A DNA stretch of 64,000 nucleotides. Origin: an uncultured Pelagibacteraceae bacterium. GTDB taxonomy: Bacteria > Pseudomonadota > Alphaproteobacteria > Pelagibacterales > Pelagibacteraceae. This document shows positions 43,293-51,985 of this stretch, in pieces (position 1 is the stretch's first letter; each line of letters begins with the position of its first letter). The notes below the pieces were generated by a model that made no database searches, was not told where the DNA came from, and saw only the letters and a list, made by a program, of their open reading frames with translations. A program made the position numbers and the translations under genes. The stretch is from positions 2,511 through 66,510 of the forward strand of contig CABZNY010000005.1 in assembly GCA_902527265.1 (NCBI GenBank). Direction: 5' to 3'.

Positions 43293-43337
43293 AGGCTAAT
43301 TAGTGGACATAGAAAGGATAACTGCACTAATTAGCCT
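43293..43337. promoter_or_regulatory. 13-bp perfect inverted repeat (operator or 5'UTR hairpin)
   Basis: AGGCTAATTAGTG-N19-CACTAATTAGCCT next to the SD of the 43279 gene. Confidence 0.7.
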
Positions 43338-43447
43338 TTATTTATAGCTATTAAACCATATAAATATGGCAATATTTAGTAATACAATACAACTCTGTGT
43401 AGTAAAAATAAGCTTTAAATACTACATTTTGCTATATTTGCACTCAT

Positions 43448-43456
43448 TGTTATAAT
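43448..43456 (+). promoter_or_regulatory. Candidate extended -10 promoter for the methyltransferase
   Basis: TGtTATAAT 33 nt upstream of ATG 43490; TTGCTA 16 nt upstream of TATAAT. Confidence 0.4.
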
Positions 43457-43489
43457 ATAGTACTTTATAGAAATTTTGTCAATAGCTTA

Positions 43490-44425
43490 ATGAAAAAAAA
43501 ATTAAATAAAAATAAAATTAGTGGAGGGGATTTTTATTATAATGACAGTTTAGAGGTCATTAAAGATGTGAAATTTATACGAAAGTATAAAGGTAAAATA
43601 GATTTAGTCTTTACATCACCACCCTTCCCGTTGTTATCGGCTAAAAAATATGGAAATGAAAAAGGTCAAAAATATATTGATTGGTTTGCAAAATTTGCAA
43701 AACCATTAAGAAATATATTAACAAAAAAAGGTTCTATTGTAATTGAGATTGGAAATTCGTGGACTCCAGGACATCCAACATATTCATTAATTGAAATAAA
43801 GGCCTTAATGAAATTTATGGAGGTGGGAAATTTTAAGTTATGTCAAAAATTTGTATGGCACAATCCAGCAAAATTACCAGGTCCAGCTGAATGGGTAACA
43901 AAGTATAGAGAAAGAGTTAAAGACTCATTTACTGAAATTTGGTGGTTTTCAAAGACAGAAAGACCTTATGCCAACAATAGAAAAATATTATCAGAATATA
44001 GTAAAGGTATGCTTAAACTTTTGGAGAGGCAAAAATATAACGCCGGTAAAAGAGCTACTGGCCATAATATTAATAAAAAAAGTTTTTTAACAAAAAACAA
44101 AGGAGCTATACCACCAAATATTTTTGCCAAATCTACATATGATGAAGAAAACTTTGGTAATTTTTTACCAATATCTAATACAAATAATGTTAACAATTAT
44201 AGAGAATATTGTTTTAAAAATAATTTAACACCTCATCCTGCTAGAATGCCTCAGGATATAGTTGAGTTTTTTATTAAATTTTTAACAAAAGAAAAATCAA
44301 TTATATTAGATCCTTTTGCAGGATCAAATACTACAGGATACGTTGCGTCTAAATTAAAAAGGAAATGGATATCGATAGAAAAAGATATTGATTATATTAA
44401 TGGCTCAAAAGGCTGGTTTTTATAA
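43490..44425 (+). CDS. Beta-class amino DNA methyltransferase (probably N4-cytosine, M.PvuII-like)
   Basis: Motif IV TSPPF near N-terminus, HPARMP, motif I DPFAGS near C-terminus (beta order). Confidence 0.9.
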   Translation: MKKKLNKNKISGGDFYYNDSLEVIKDVKFIRKYKGKIDLVFTSPPFPLLSAKKYGNEKGQKYIDWFAKFAKPLRNILTKKGSIVIEIGNSWTPGHPTYSLIEIKALMKFMEVGNFKLCQKFVWHNPAKLPGPAEWVTKYRERVKDSFTEIWWFSKTERPYANNRKILSEYSKGMLKLLERQKYNAGKRATGHNINKKSFLTKNKGAIPPNIFAKSTYDEENFGNFLPISNTNNVNNYREYCFKNNLTPHPARMPQDIVEFFIKFLTKEKSIILDPFAGSNTTGYVASKLKRKWISIEKDIDYINGSKGWFL

Positions 44426-44429
44426 TTGA

Positions 44430-45272
44430 TCATCTTATAGCAATTTCTCTTCTTGAAATATAAAGTCCACTTAATACAATTATAAATAAACCTATATAAG
44501 TCCAGTTATCAGGTAATTCATTAAATATATAATAACTAAGTATTATATTTGTAATAATTTCTGTATAACCTAATGGAGCTAATTTTGAAGCATCAGCTAA
44601 ATTAAGAGAGTAAATAATAAGAAAATGAGCTAATGCAGCTATAAAACCAATCAAAGCCATCATAACCCACTGACTATTCGACGGATTTATCCATACACTA
44701 GGCATGAAAAAAGACATGACTATAGTACCTACTGTGCCAGCAAATAATAAAGTTAATAGAGAGTTATCAGAGGTACTTAATTTTCTTGTAATAATTAAAT
44801 AAAATCCATAGCAAATTCCATTTCCTAAAGCAGCAAGTGTTGCAAGATTAATCTCTATAAAGCCAGGTCTTATTACAATTAATGTGCCTATAAAACCGAG
44901 TGATACTGCTGTCCATCGTCTTAAACCTACTTTCTCATTTAAAAAAAAAGGTGACATTGCGGTCACACAAATTGGCGCAACGAAAGCTAAAGTAAGAGCT
45001 TTTGGTAATGAAATTTCTGATATTGCATAAAAGAATAAATATGTAGAAAATACAAAAATCAATCCCCTTATCAATTGGAGTAGAGGTTTTTTACTCCAAA
45101 CCAAAGATTTTCTATCAAAAAGTAACATTATGAATAGAGCCAAGATAACAGTAAAAAAATATCTAGACCATGTAATTTGCAAAACATCCATTGAAGAACT
45201 TAAATACTTTGCAATTGCATCCATAAATGGAACAATCATCCAAGCAGAGGCATTGAGTATTATTGCTCTCAT
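44430..45272 (-). CDS. DMT/EamA family transporter
   Basis: About 10 TM helices, FLNEKVG..RW, G.LIVIRPG, AS.LAP..Y. Confidence 0.9.
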   Translation of the reverse strand: MRAIILNASAWMIVPFMDAIAKYLSSSMDVLQITWSRYFFTVILALFIMLLFDRKSLVWSKKPLLQLIRGLIFVFSTYLFFYAISEISLPKALTLAFVAPICVTAMSPFFLNEKVGLRRWTAVSLGFIGTLIVIRPGFIEINLATLAALGNGICYGFYLIITRKLSTSDNSLLTLLFAGTVGTIVMSFFMPSVWINPSNSQWVMMALIGFIAALAHFLIIYSLNLADASKLAPLGYTEIITNIILSYYIFNELPDNWTYIGLFIIVLSGLYISRREIAIR

Positions 45273-45288
45273 TAAACAAACATAGCCT

Positions 45289-46188
45289 TTAAGAAAAATA
45301 TTTTAAAGCAAAGAATACTGTTATTGGGACTGTTATTAAGGACATTAAAGTTGAAACTACAATTGTACTAGAGATATTATCAACTATTTCCTTTGGTGAA
45401 TACATAGATGCAACCAAATAACAAAGAATAGCACTTGGCATTGATGATTGTATTAATAAAACACCTGCCGCAAATCCAGATAAATTAAAAAAAGAAATTA
45501 GAGCAAAGCCAATTAAGGGACCAATAATAACCCTACCAGTAGATGTAATTAGAGCGTCCTTAAATGAGAAAACTTTCATTTGCGTTAGAGAAACACCTAA
45601 AGACATTAAAATCATTACAATCATTCCGTAAGCTAAAAGCATAACAGTATTCAAAACAAACATTGGTAAAGGTATTTCGAAATATAGAAATAGGATTGTT
45701 GCAATTATTGCATAAAATGATGGGCTTTTAACTATTACATTTAAATCAAATTCTCTTTTAGCCAAAAAGATATTCAGAGTGAAATGCAGCAAAACAACTA
45801 ATGATGATATAGCTGCAGCTATTCCCATACCAAGTTTACCATATGCAAACAAGCATATTGGAATACCCATATTACCTGTATTAGGTAAAAAAAATGTTGG
45901 TAGTTCTCTCAAATAATCTTTCTTCATCAAAATTAAAAAAATAAGCCCAACAATTAAAAAAGAGGATAAAAGAATTACTGCATATAAAAAGTACTCTGAA
46001 AACATTGCAAAAGTTACACCGCTTGCCGAAATAGAGAATATTACTATAGATGGCGTTCCAAAATTAGCAGAATAAGTAGTTATAAATGATGTATCAAAAT
46101 TTGGATTTTTTTTACCTAAAAAATATCCGATACCAACTATAAAAAAAACTGGAAAAAGAACTTCAAATAATTTTATATAAAGTTCCAT
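45289..46188 (-). CDS. AEC (auxin efflux carrier) family transporter
   Basis: PVF.IVGIGY, NTGNMGIP, SSMPSA. Confidence 0.88.
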   Translation of the reverse strand: MELYIKLFEVLFPVFFIVGIGYFLGKKNPNFDTSFITTYSANFGTPSIVIFSISASGVTFAMFSEYFLYAVILLSSFLIVGLIFLILMKKDYLRELPTFFLPNTGNMGIPICLFAYGKLGMGIAAAISSLVVLLHFTLNIFLAKREFDLNVIVKSPSFYAIIATILFLYFEIPLPMFVLNTVMLLAYGMIVMILMSLGVSLTQMKVFSFKDALITSTGRVIIGPLIGFALISFFNLSGFAAGVLLIQSSMPSAILCYLVASMYSPKEIVDNISSTIVVSTLMSLITVPITVFFALKYFS

Positions 46189-47477
46189 TAAAATAATCGA
46201 ATAAGAACAGGATTTTTAATAATATTTTTATTTGATTTAAATGATTTAATACATCTTTGAGCGTCTAATTCATTTGCATTATGAGTAATAAGAACAATCG
46301 AAGCTGTCTTATTTTTATGATCAGGTATTTGTATTAATCTTTGAATAGAAATTTTATATTTCGCCAGAATCTTTGTTAAAGAAGATAAAACGCCTGGTTT
46401 ATCCTTAACTTCTAATCTTAAATAAAGAGAATTTGATGATTGGTCTTTATTAAATATTTTAGGTTTTAGTCTTTTTTTTTTAGATATACCAAAAGGATAT
46501 TTTATATTGCCTCTCAATATAGATAATAAATCAGACATCAAAGCAGAGGATGTTGGTCCTGGTCCAGCCCCCTCTCCTTGCAATACAGATTCTCCAATAG
46601 GTGAACCATTTAATATAACAGCATTCATTACACCATCTACATTTCCTATATAAGAGTCTTTTTTAACTAAACATGGATGAACTCTTTCAAAAATAGTATT
46701 ATTTATAATTTCAGTTATACCTAATAATTTTATTCTAAAATCTAACTGATCGGCAATTTTAATATCTGCATAATCGATGTTTTCAATACCTTCCATTAAA
46801 CATTCAGATTTTGAAATTTTCTTATTGAAGGCTAATGATGTCAAAATTTTTATTTTAGCTAACGCATCATAACCGTTAAGATCTAATTTTGGATTTCCAG
46901 GTTCAGCATAACCTAGTTTCTGTGCCATCTTCAGAACATTTTTGAAACTATCTTTAGTTCTCTCCATTTCTGACATGATGTAGTTACAAGTACCGTTAAG
47001 TATGCCATAAACTTTTATGATTTTATTTGTAGCCAATCCTTCTTTGATTGTTCTTACAATAGGAATTCCGCCTGCAACAGATGCCTCAAATTCTAAATTA
47101 ACTTTATTTTTTTCAGCTAATTCTCCAAGTTTATCACCATGTTTTGAAATTAATGCTTTATTTGGAGTTATAACATGAATTTTATTTTTAAGAGCTGTCT
47201 CAATAATTTTTTTGGAAATACCATCTGATAAACCTATAGCTTCGATTACTATATCTAAGTTTTTAATCTTCAAAATATCTAGTGGATTTGAATAAAAAAT
47301 TTTCTTATTAATTTTAAATTTTCTTTTCTTATTTTTATTTTTAGCCGATATAGCTATAACTTTAATTCTCTTTCCAGTTTTAATTTCAATATCTTTCTTT
47401 TTTGTATTTAACTCATTTAGAACATATGATCCAATTTGACCAAGTCCAATAACTGCAATATTTATATTTTTATTCAT
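46188..47477 (-). CDS. hom: Homoserine dehydrogenase
   Basis: GLGQIG, FEASVAGGIP, GILNGTCNYI, GAGPGPT, C-terminal ACT. Confidence 0.96.
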   Translation of the reverse strand: MNKNINIAVIGLGQIGSYVLNELNTKKKDIEIKTGKRIKVIAISAKNKNKKRKFKINKKIFYSNPLDILKIKNLDIVIEAIGLSDGISKKIIETALKNKIHVITPNKALISKHGDKLGELAEKNKVNLEFEASVAGGIPIVRTIKEGLATNKIIKVYGILNGTCNYIMSEMERTKDSFKNVLKMAQKLGYAEPGNPKLDLNGYDALAKIKILTSLAFNKKISKSECLMEGIENIDYADIKIADQLDFRIKLLGITEIINNTIFERVHPCLVKKDSYIGNVDGVMNAVILNGSPIGESVLQGEGAGPGPTSSALMSDLLSILRGNIKYPFGISKKKRLKPKIFNKDQSSNSLYLRLEVKDKPGVLSSLTKILAKYKISIQRLIQIPDHKNKTASIVLITHNANELDAQRCIKSFKSNKNIIKNPVLIRLF

Positions 47478-47481
47478 TAAA

Positions 47482-47688
47482 TTAATCTAATTTAGGAAAG
47501 TCGCTAATCTTACCATATTGAATAACATTTTTTTTAAATTTTTCAAAAGATGTTTCATTTTCAAAGTTTAATTTCGAAATATCTTTGTCCGTACTGTCGT
47601 CCTCAATATTCCACATAGAAACAGGATGATTTAGTGAACAATGTGATAATGAAAATATTAATAAAATTATAAAAATATATTTAAACAT
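47482..47688 (-). CDS. Small putative lipoprotein
   Basis: Hydrophobic leader ending LSHC; overlaps argC stop. Confidence 0.55.
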   Translation of the reverse strand: MFKYIFIILLIFSLSHCSLNHPVSMWNIEDDSTDKDISKLNFENETSFEKFKKNVIQYGKISDFPKLD

Positions 47689-48706
47689 TTAGACCTTCGG
47701 TCTGATTAAAACCATAATAATTATTCATATTTTGTATAGCTTGACCTCCACCACCTTTAATCAAATTATCAATTGCAGACAATATTATTATTTTATCTTT
47801 ATATTTGCTTTTACATACAGAAATTAAGCAATTATTAGTGTTGATCACATCGTTTGTGCTTAAGAATGTATTTATTTTACAGATTTTTATAAATTTATGA
47901 TTCTTATATTGGACATTTAGAACATTAATAATTTTGTTTATGTTAATACCCTTTTTTAAATCAACATAAATAGTGCTTAAAATTCCTCTAAACATCGGTG
48001 AAAGATGGGGTGTGAAATGAAATTTATTTTTTTTGTTAGTTTTAAGATCAAGCTCTTGTTGAATTTCAGAATTATGTCTATGATTTGCTAATCCATAAGC
48101 ACTTAATGACTCATACAAATTATTATCTTTATATTTTTTATGTACTCCTCTACCTGCTCCTGAATAACCAGATTTCGAGTCAATAATAATTGTTTGATTA
48201 TTAATTAAATTTTTTTTTATTAATGGGATTAATGGAATTAATACAGATGTAGGGTAGCATCCAGGACAAGATACAATTGGAAATTTTTTAATAAATTGAC
48301 CAGTAATTTCAGGTATAGAATAAATACTTTTTTTGATTTGATTTAATGCTTTATGTTTAATTTTATACCATTTTTCATAATCTTTTTTATTGTTAAGTCT
48401 AAAATCAGCCGCTAGATCTATTAATAAATTATTTTTATTTAAAAATTTTGAAATAGATTGTGCCTCACCATTTGGCAATGCTGTAAATATTATATCAACA
48501 TCTAATAAATTTTCTTTTTTAAATTTTGATATTTTTGGTAATTTATATTTTTTTAATTCTTTATCATAGAAATCTATTTTTTTTCCTACAGAAGTGCTTC
48601 CACACAAATATTTAATATTTATTTTTTTATGTGTACATAGAAGTTTAGTTAGTTGTAATCCTATATATCCAGTAGCACCACATATAAGAACATTTTTCTT
48701 GCCCAT
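47681..48706 (-). CDS. argC: N-acetyl-gamma-glutamyl-phosphate reductase
   Basis: GATGYIG, PGCYPT, SGYSGAG, IDNLIKG. Confidence 0.96.
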   Translation of the reverse strand: MGKKNVLICGATGYIGLQLTKLLCTHKKINIKYLCGSTSVGKKIDFYDKELKKYKLPKISKFKKENLLDVDIIFTALPNGEAQSISKFLNKNNLLIDLAADFRLNNKKDYEKWYKIKHKALNQIKKSIYSIPEITGQFIKKFPIVSCPGCYPTSVLIPLIPLIKKNLINNQTIIIDSKSGYSGAGRGVHKKYKDNNLYESLSAYGLANHRHNSEIQQELDLKTNKKNKFHFTPHLSPMFRGILSTIYVDLKKGININKIINVLNVQYKNHKFIKICKINTFLSTNDVINTNNCLISVCKSKYKDKIIILSAIDNLIKGGGGQAIQNMNNYYGFNQTEGLNV

Positions 48707-48739
48707 AATTTAATATAACAGTTGAAATTTAAAAAGTAA

Positions 48740-49171
48740 TTATCTTTTAGAAAACTGGTAGCTTTTTCTAGCTTTTGCTCTACCAGGTTTTTTTCTCTCA
48801 ACAGATCTTGAATCTCTTGTTGTGAGTTTTTCTTTACGTAAGGTTGATTTTAAAGTTTCATCAAATTTTAATAAAGCTCTTGAAATACCGTGTACTAAAG
48901 CACCAGCTTGACCAGTTTGTCCTCCACCTACAACTTTAGATCTAACATCGTAATCTGTTGACTGGTTTATTATTTCAAAAGGTCTTAAAATTTGCATTAC
49001 GTGATTAGCTCTTGGAAAATAGTCGTTTAAAGATTTACCATTTACATAAAATTTTCCAGAACCTTTTTTTAACCAGACTTTAGCTACAGATTTTTTTCTT
49101 CTTCCAGTTGCGTATTTACTATCTTTAAAGTCTAATTTTATTTTTGGTGTAGATGTTTGGGAAGTTTCCAT
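48740..49171 (-). CDS. rpsI: 30S ribosomal protein S9
   Basis: TGRRK, GGG..GQA.A, ERKKPG..KARK..QFSKR. Confidence 0.98.
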   Translation of the reverse strand: METSQTSTPKIKLDFKDSKYATGRRKKSVAKVWLKKGSGKFYVNGKSLNDYFPRANHVMQILRPFEIINQSTDYDVRSKVVGGGQTGQAGALVHGISRALLKFDETLKSTLRKEKLTTRDSRSVERKKPGRAKARKSYQFSKR

Positions 49172-49172
49172 A

Positions 49173-49631
49173 TTAATTTCTTACAACGTTTTTTTGATTA
49201 AGCTTACTGATTTCAATTATTTTTGGATTTTGAGCAGTGTGAGGGTGTTCTTCTCCAGAATAAATTTTTAGTTTAGTTAATTGTTTTTTCCCTAGTGCAC
49301 CTGAGGGCAACATTCTTTTAACAGCTAACTTTAATACTTCACCTGGTTTTTTTTCACTCAATTTTTCAGGTGTTATTTCTTTAATTCCACCAGGGTATCC
49401 TGTGTGTCTGTAATATTTTTTATTTTGAAATTTATTTCCCGTGAATTTAATTTGGTCTACATTTTTGATAACAACAAAATCTCCATGGTCCATGTGAGGT
49501 GTGTATGTTGTTTTGTTCTTCCCTCTTATAATTTTTGATACAACTGTTGCTAGTCTACCGACAACCGCTCCTTTGGCATCGATCTCAAACCATTCGCTAT
49601 TTATCTCATCTTTTTTAACAAACTTTGTCAT
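49173..49631 (-). CDS. rplM: 50S ribosomal protein L13
   Basis: W..IDA....GRLA, YTPH.D.GD, HTGYPGG; start at MTKFV. Confidence 0.97.
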   Translation of the reverse strand: MTKFVKKDEINSEWFEIDAKGAVVGRLATVVSKIIRGKNKTTYTPHMDHGDFVVIKNVDQIKFTGNKFQNKKYYRHTGYPGGIKEITPEKLSEKKPGEVLKLAVKRMLPSGALGKKQLTKLKIYSGEEHPHTAQNPKIIEISKLNQKNVVRN

Positions 49632-49777
49632 GAATGCGGGATTAATACTTATAATTACATATATTGTCAAATTATTATATTTTAGTTGGACTGAATGGTT
49701 GATTGAATTATGACCATTTATTAGTAATAATAACGTAATAAAAACGAACTCACAAAATTATAAATTAAAGGAGACTA

Positions 49778-51109
49778 ATGAGTGATAAAAAAAAAGAATT
49801 GAAACCAAATACTTATAAATTTGATACCCTTAGTTTACATGCTGGTTATCAGCCACACAAAAATGCTGGCTCAAGACAAGTACCAATATATCAAACCACA
49901 TCATACCTTTTTGATGATGTTGATCACGCAGCTGCTCTTTTTAATTTAGAAAGAGGCGGACATATTTATAGTAGAATTTCAAATCCAACTGTTGGTGTAT
50001 TAGAAGAAAGAGTTGCATCACTTGAGGGTGGTACAGCAGCATTAGCTACATCTTCAGGAATGAGTGCAATATTTTTGACAGTTATGACATTATGTGAAGC
50101 AGGAGACCATTTAGTTGTATCATCTCAACTTTATGGAGGCACTGTAAACTTATTTAGATTAACTTTACCTAAATTTGGAATTAAATGTACATTTGTTAAA
50201 CCGAGAGATACTGAAGGATTTAAAAAAGCAATTCAAAAGAATACAAAAGGTATTTTTGGAGAACTTGTTGGAAATCCAGGCAATGAAATAATGAACATGC
50301 CTGAAATTGCAAAAATTGCTCATGACGCTGGAATTCCATTGATGGTTGATGCAACTTATCAAACTCCTTATTTATGTAAACCGTTTGAGCATGGCGCTGA
50401 TATAGTAATTCATTCACTAACAAAATGGATGGCAGGTCATGGATCTTCTATGGCGGGAATATTAGTTGAAGGTGGAAAATTTGATTGGATGCAAAATGAT
50501 AAATTTCCAACAATGACAAAACCTTATGAGGGATATCATGGATTATCTTTTGCAGAGGAATTTGGCCCAACTGCTTTTACAATGAAAGCTAGAGCTGAGG
50601 GTATGAGAGATTTTGGTCCTTGTTTAAGTCCTCAAAATGCATGGAATGTTTTACAAGGCATAGAAACTTTGTCAGTAAGAATGAAAAAACATTGTTCAAA
50701 TGCAGAAGAAATGGTTAAATATTTATCAAACCATGAAAGTGTTGCTTGGGTATCACATCCAAGTGCACCTAATCATCCGGATGCAGAGCTTGCTAACAAG
50801 TTACTTCCTAATGGTAAAGGTTCTATGATTGCATTTGGTATTAAAGGTGGAAAAGATGCTGGTGTTGCATTTATTAATAACGTAAAATTAGCATCACATT
50901 TGGCAAATGTAGGCGATACAAGGACTTTAGTTATCCATCCTGCATCTGGAACCCATTCACAAATGGATGAGGCAACTTTGAAGTTTGCTGGTTTGTCCCA
51001 CGACATGATTAGATTATCAGTAGGTATAGAAGACATTGATGATATAAAAAACGATTTCGAGATTGGTTTTAGAGCAGCTAGAAAACCAAGGCTTGTTTCA
51101 AATCAATGA
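49778..51109 (+). CDS. metY: O-acetylhomoserine aminocarboxypropyltransferase/sulfhydrylase (paralogue 1)
   Basis: PIYQTTSY, IYSRISNPT, HSLTKW, LANVGD, RLSVGIE; SD AAGGAG. Confidence 0.88.
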   Translation: MSDKKKELKPNTYKFDTLSLHAGYQPHKNAGSRQVPIYQTTSYLFDDVDHAAALFNLERGGHIYSRISNPTVGVLEERVASLEGGTAALATSSGMSAIFLTVMTLCEAGDHLVVSSQLYGGTVNLFRLTLPKFGIKCTFVKPRDTEGFKKAIQKNTKGIFGELVGNPGNEIMNMPEIAKIAHDAGIPLMVDATYQTPYLCKPFEHGADIVIHSLTKWMAGHGSSMAGILVEGGKFDWMQNDKFPTMTKPYEGYHGLSFAEEFGPTAFTMKARAEGMRDFGPCLSPQNAWNVLQGIETLSVRMKKHCSNAEEMVKYLSNHESVAWVSHPSAPNHPDAELANKLLPNGKGSMIAFGIKGGKDAGVAFINNVKLASHLANVGDTRTLVIHPASGTHSQMDEATLKFAGLSHDMIRLSVGIEDIDDIKNDFEIGFRAARKPRLVSNQ

Positions 51110-51924
51110 AATTTAAAGTAAACGGGCATGAGGTTTTCGCCTCTACTGGTGGAAGACCATTTGATAAAAAAAAACCATTAATTATATTTGTTCATGGAAG
51201 TGGTTTAACCCATATGACCTGGGTACTTCAAACAAGGTACTTTGCTTTTCATGGATATAACTCTTTAGCGGTTGATCTGCCCGGTCATGGCTTATCTAGC
51301 GGTAAAAGTCTTAAATCAATTGAGGAAATGGCAGATTGGGTAAATAATGTAATTGATGCTGTTGGTCATAAAGAAGCATCCTTGGTAGGTCATTCGCAAG
51401 GCTGTTTAGTTACAGTAGAGTGCACATCAAGATATCCAGATAAAATCAAAACTCTGAGTTTGATGGGTGGAGCTGGTGCTATACCAATGAACCCTGAACT
51501 ACTATCATTAGCAGAAAATAATGATCCTAAAGCAGTAGATTTGATGATGGATTGGGCGCATGGTCCAGCTGGTCACTTTGGTGGTCATCCAGTACCTGGT
51601 CTTTACCATATTAACACAGGAACTATGCTTGCAAAATCTAGAACAATACAAAATACATTAGGTGTAGATTTTAGAGCTTGTGACAATTACAAGAATGGAT
51701 TTGAGGCAGCTAAAAAAATTAAATGTCCTACCCTATCAATTTTAGCAACTGATGACAAAATGTGCCCTGTTAAAGAGGGAAAAAAACTTGCTTCATTAAT
51801 TGATGGTAGTCAAGTTGATATAATTGATAACTGTGGTCACATGATGTTATTAGAAGAAGCAGATAGAGTTTTAACTGTGCTTAAAAAATTTATAACCACA
51901 AATTACCCTCCATTATCAAGTTAA
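51106..51924 (+). CDS. Alpha/beta hydrolase
   Basis: FVHGSG, DLPGHG, GHSQG nucleophile elbow, GHMM. Confidence 0.9.
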   Translation: MKFKVNGHEVFASTGGRPFDKKKPLIIFVHGSGLTHMTWVLQTRYFAFHGYNSLAVDLPGHGLSSGKSLKSIEEMADWVNNVIDAVGHKEASLVGHSQGCLVTVECTSRYPDKIKTLSLMGGAGAIPMNPELLSLAENNDPKAVDLMMDWAHGPAGHFGGHPVPGLYHINTGTMLAKSRTIQNTLGVDFRACDNYKNGFEAAKKIKCPTLSILATDDKMCPVKEGKKLASLIDGSQVDIIDNCGHMMLLEEADRVLTVLKKFITTNYPPLSS

Positions 51925-51985
51925 ATTAAAGCTTGATTGTATTTTTTCATTTTAGTTTAATACGTTTTTAAACAGAAGGGGAAAT

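Noticed and set aside
43422-43431. NrdR-box-like CTACATTTTG near the MTase promoter
   Set aside because: Single degenerate match in very AT-rich DNA; cannot be told from chance.
36885-44425. Prophage or integrative element bounded by att repeats
   Set aside because: No structural or replication genes, no duplicated tRNA 3' end, and I found no flanking direct repeats by eye.
43490-44425. Assigning CAGCTG specificity and a classic Type II R-M system
   Set aside because: Similarity to M.PvuII does not fix specificity. CAGCTG occurs many times in the window (no evident avoidance), and no endonuclease gene is recognisable.
49632-49777. SAM-V riboswitch or structured leader upstream of metY
   Set aside because: AT-rich with only a weak AATGGT/ACCATT stem; SAM-V consensus elements are not visible.
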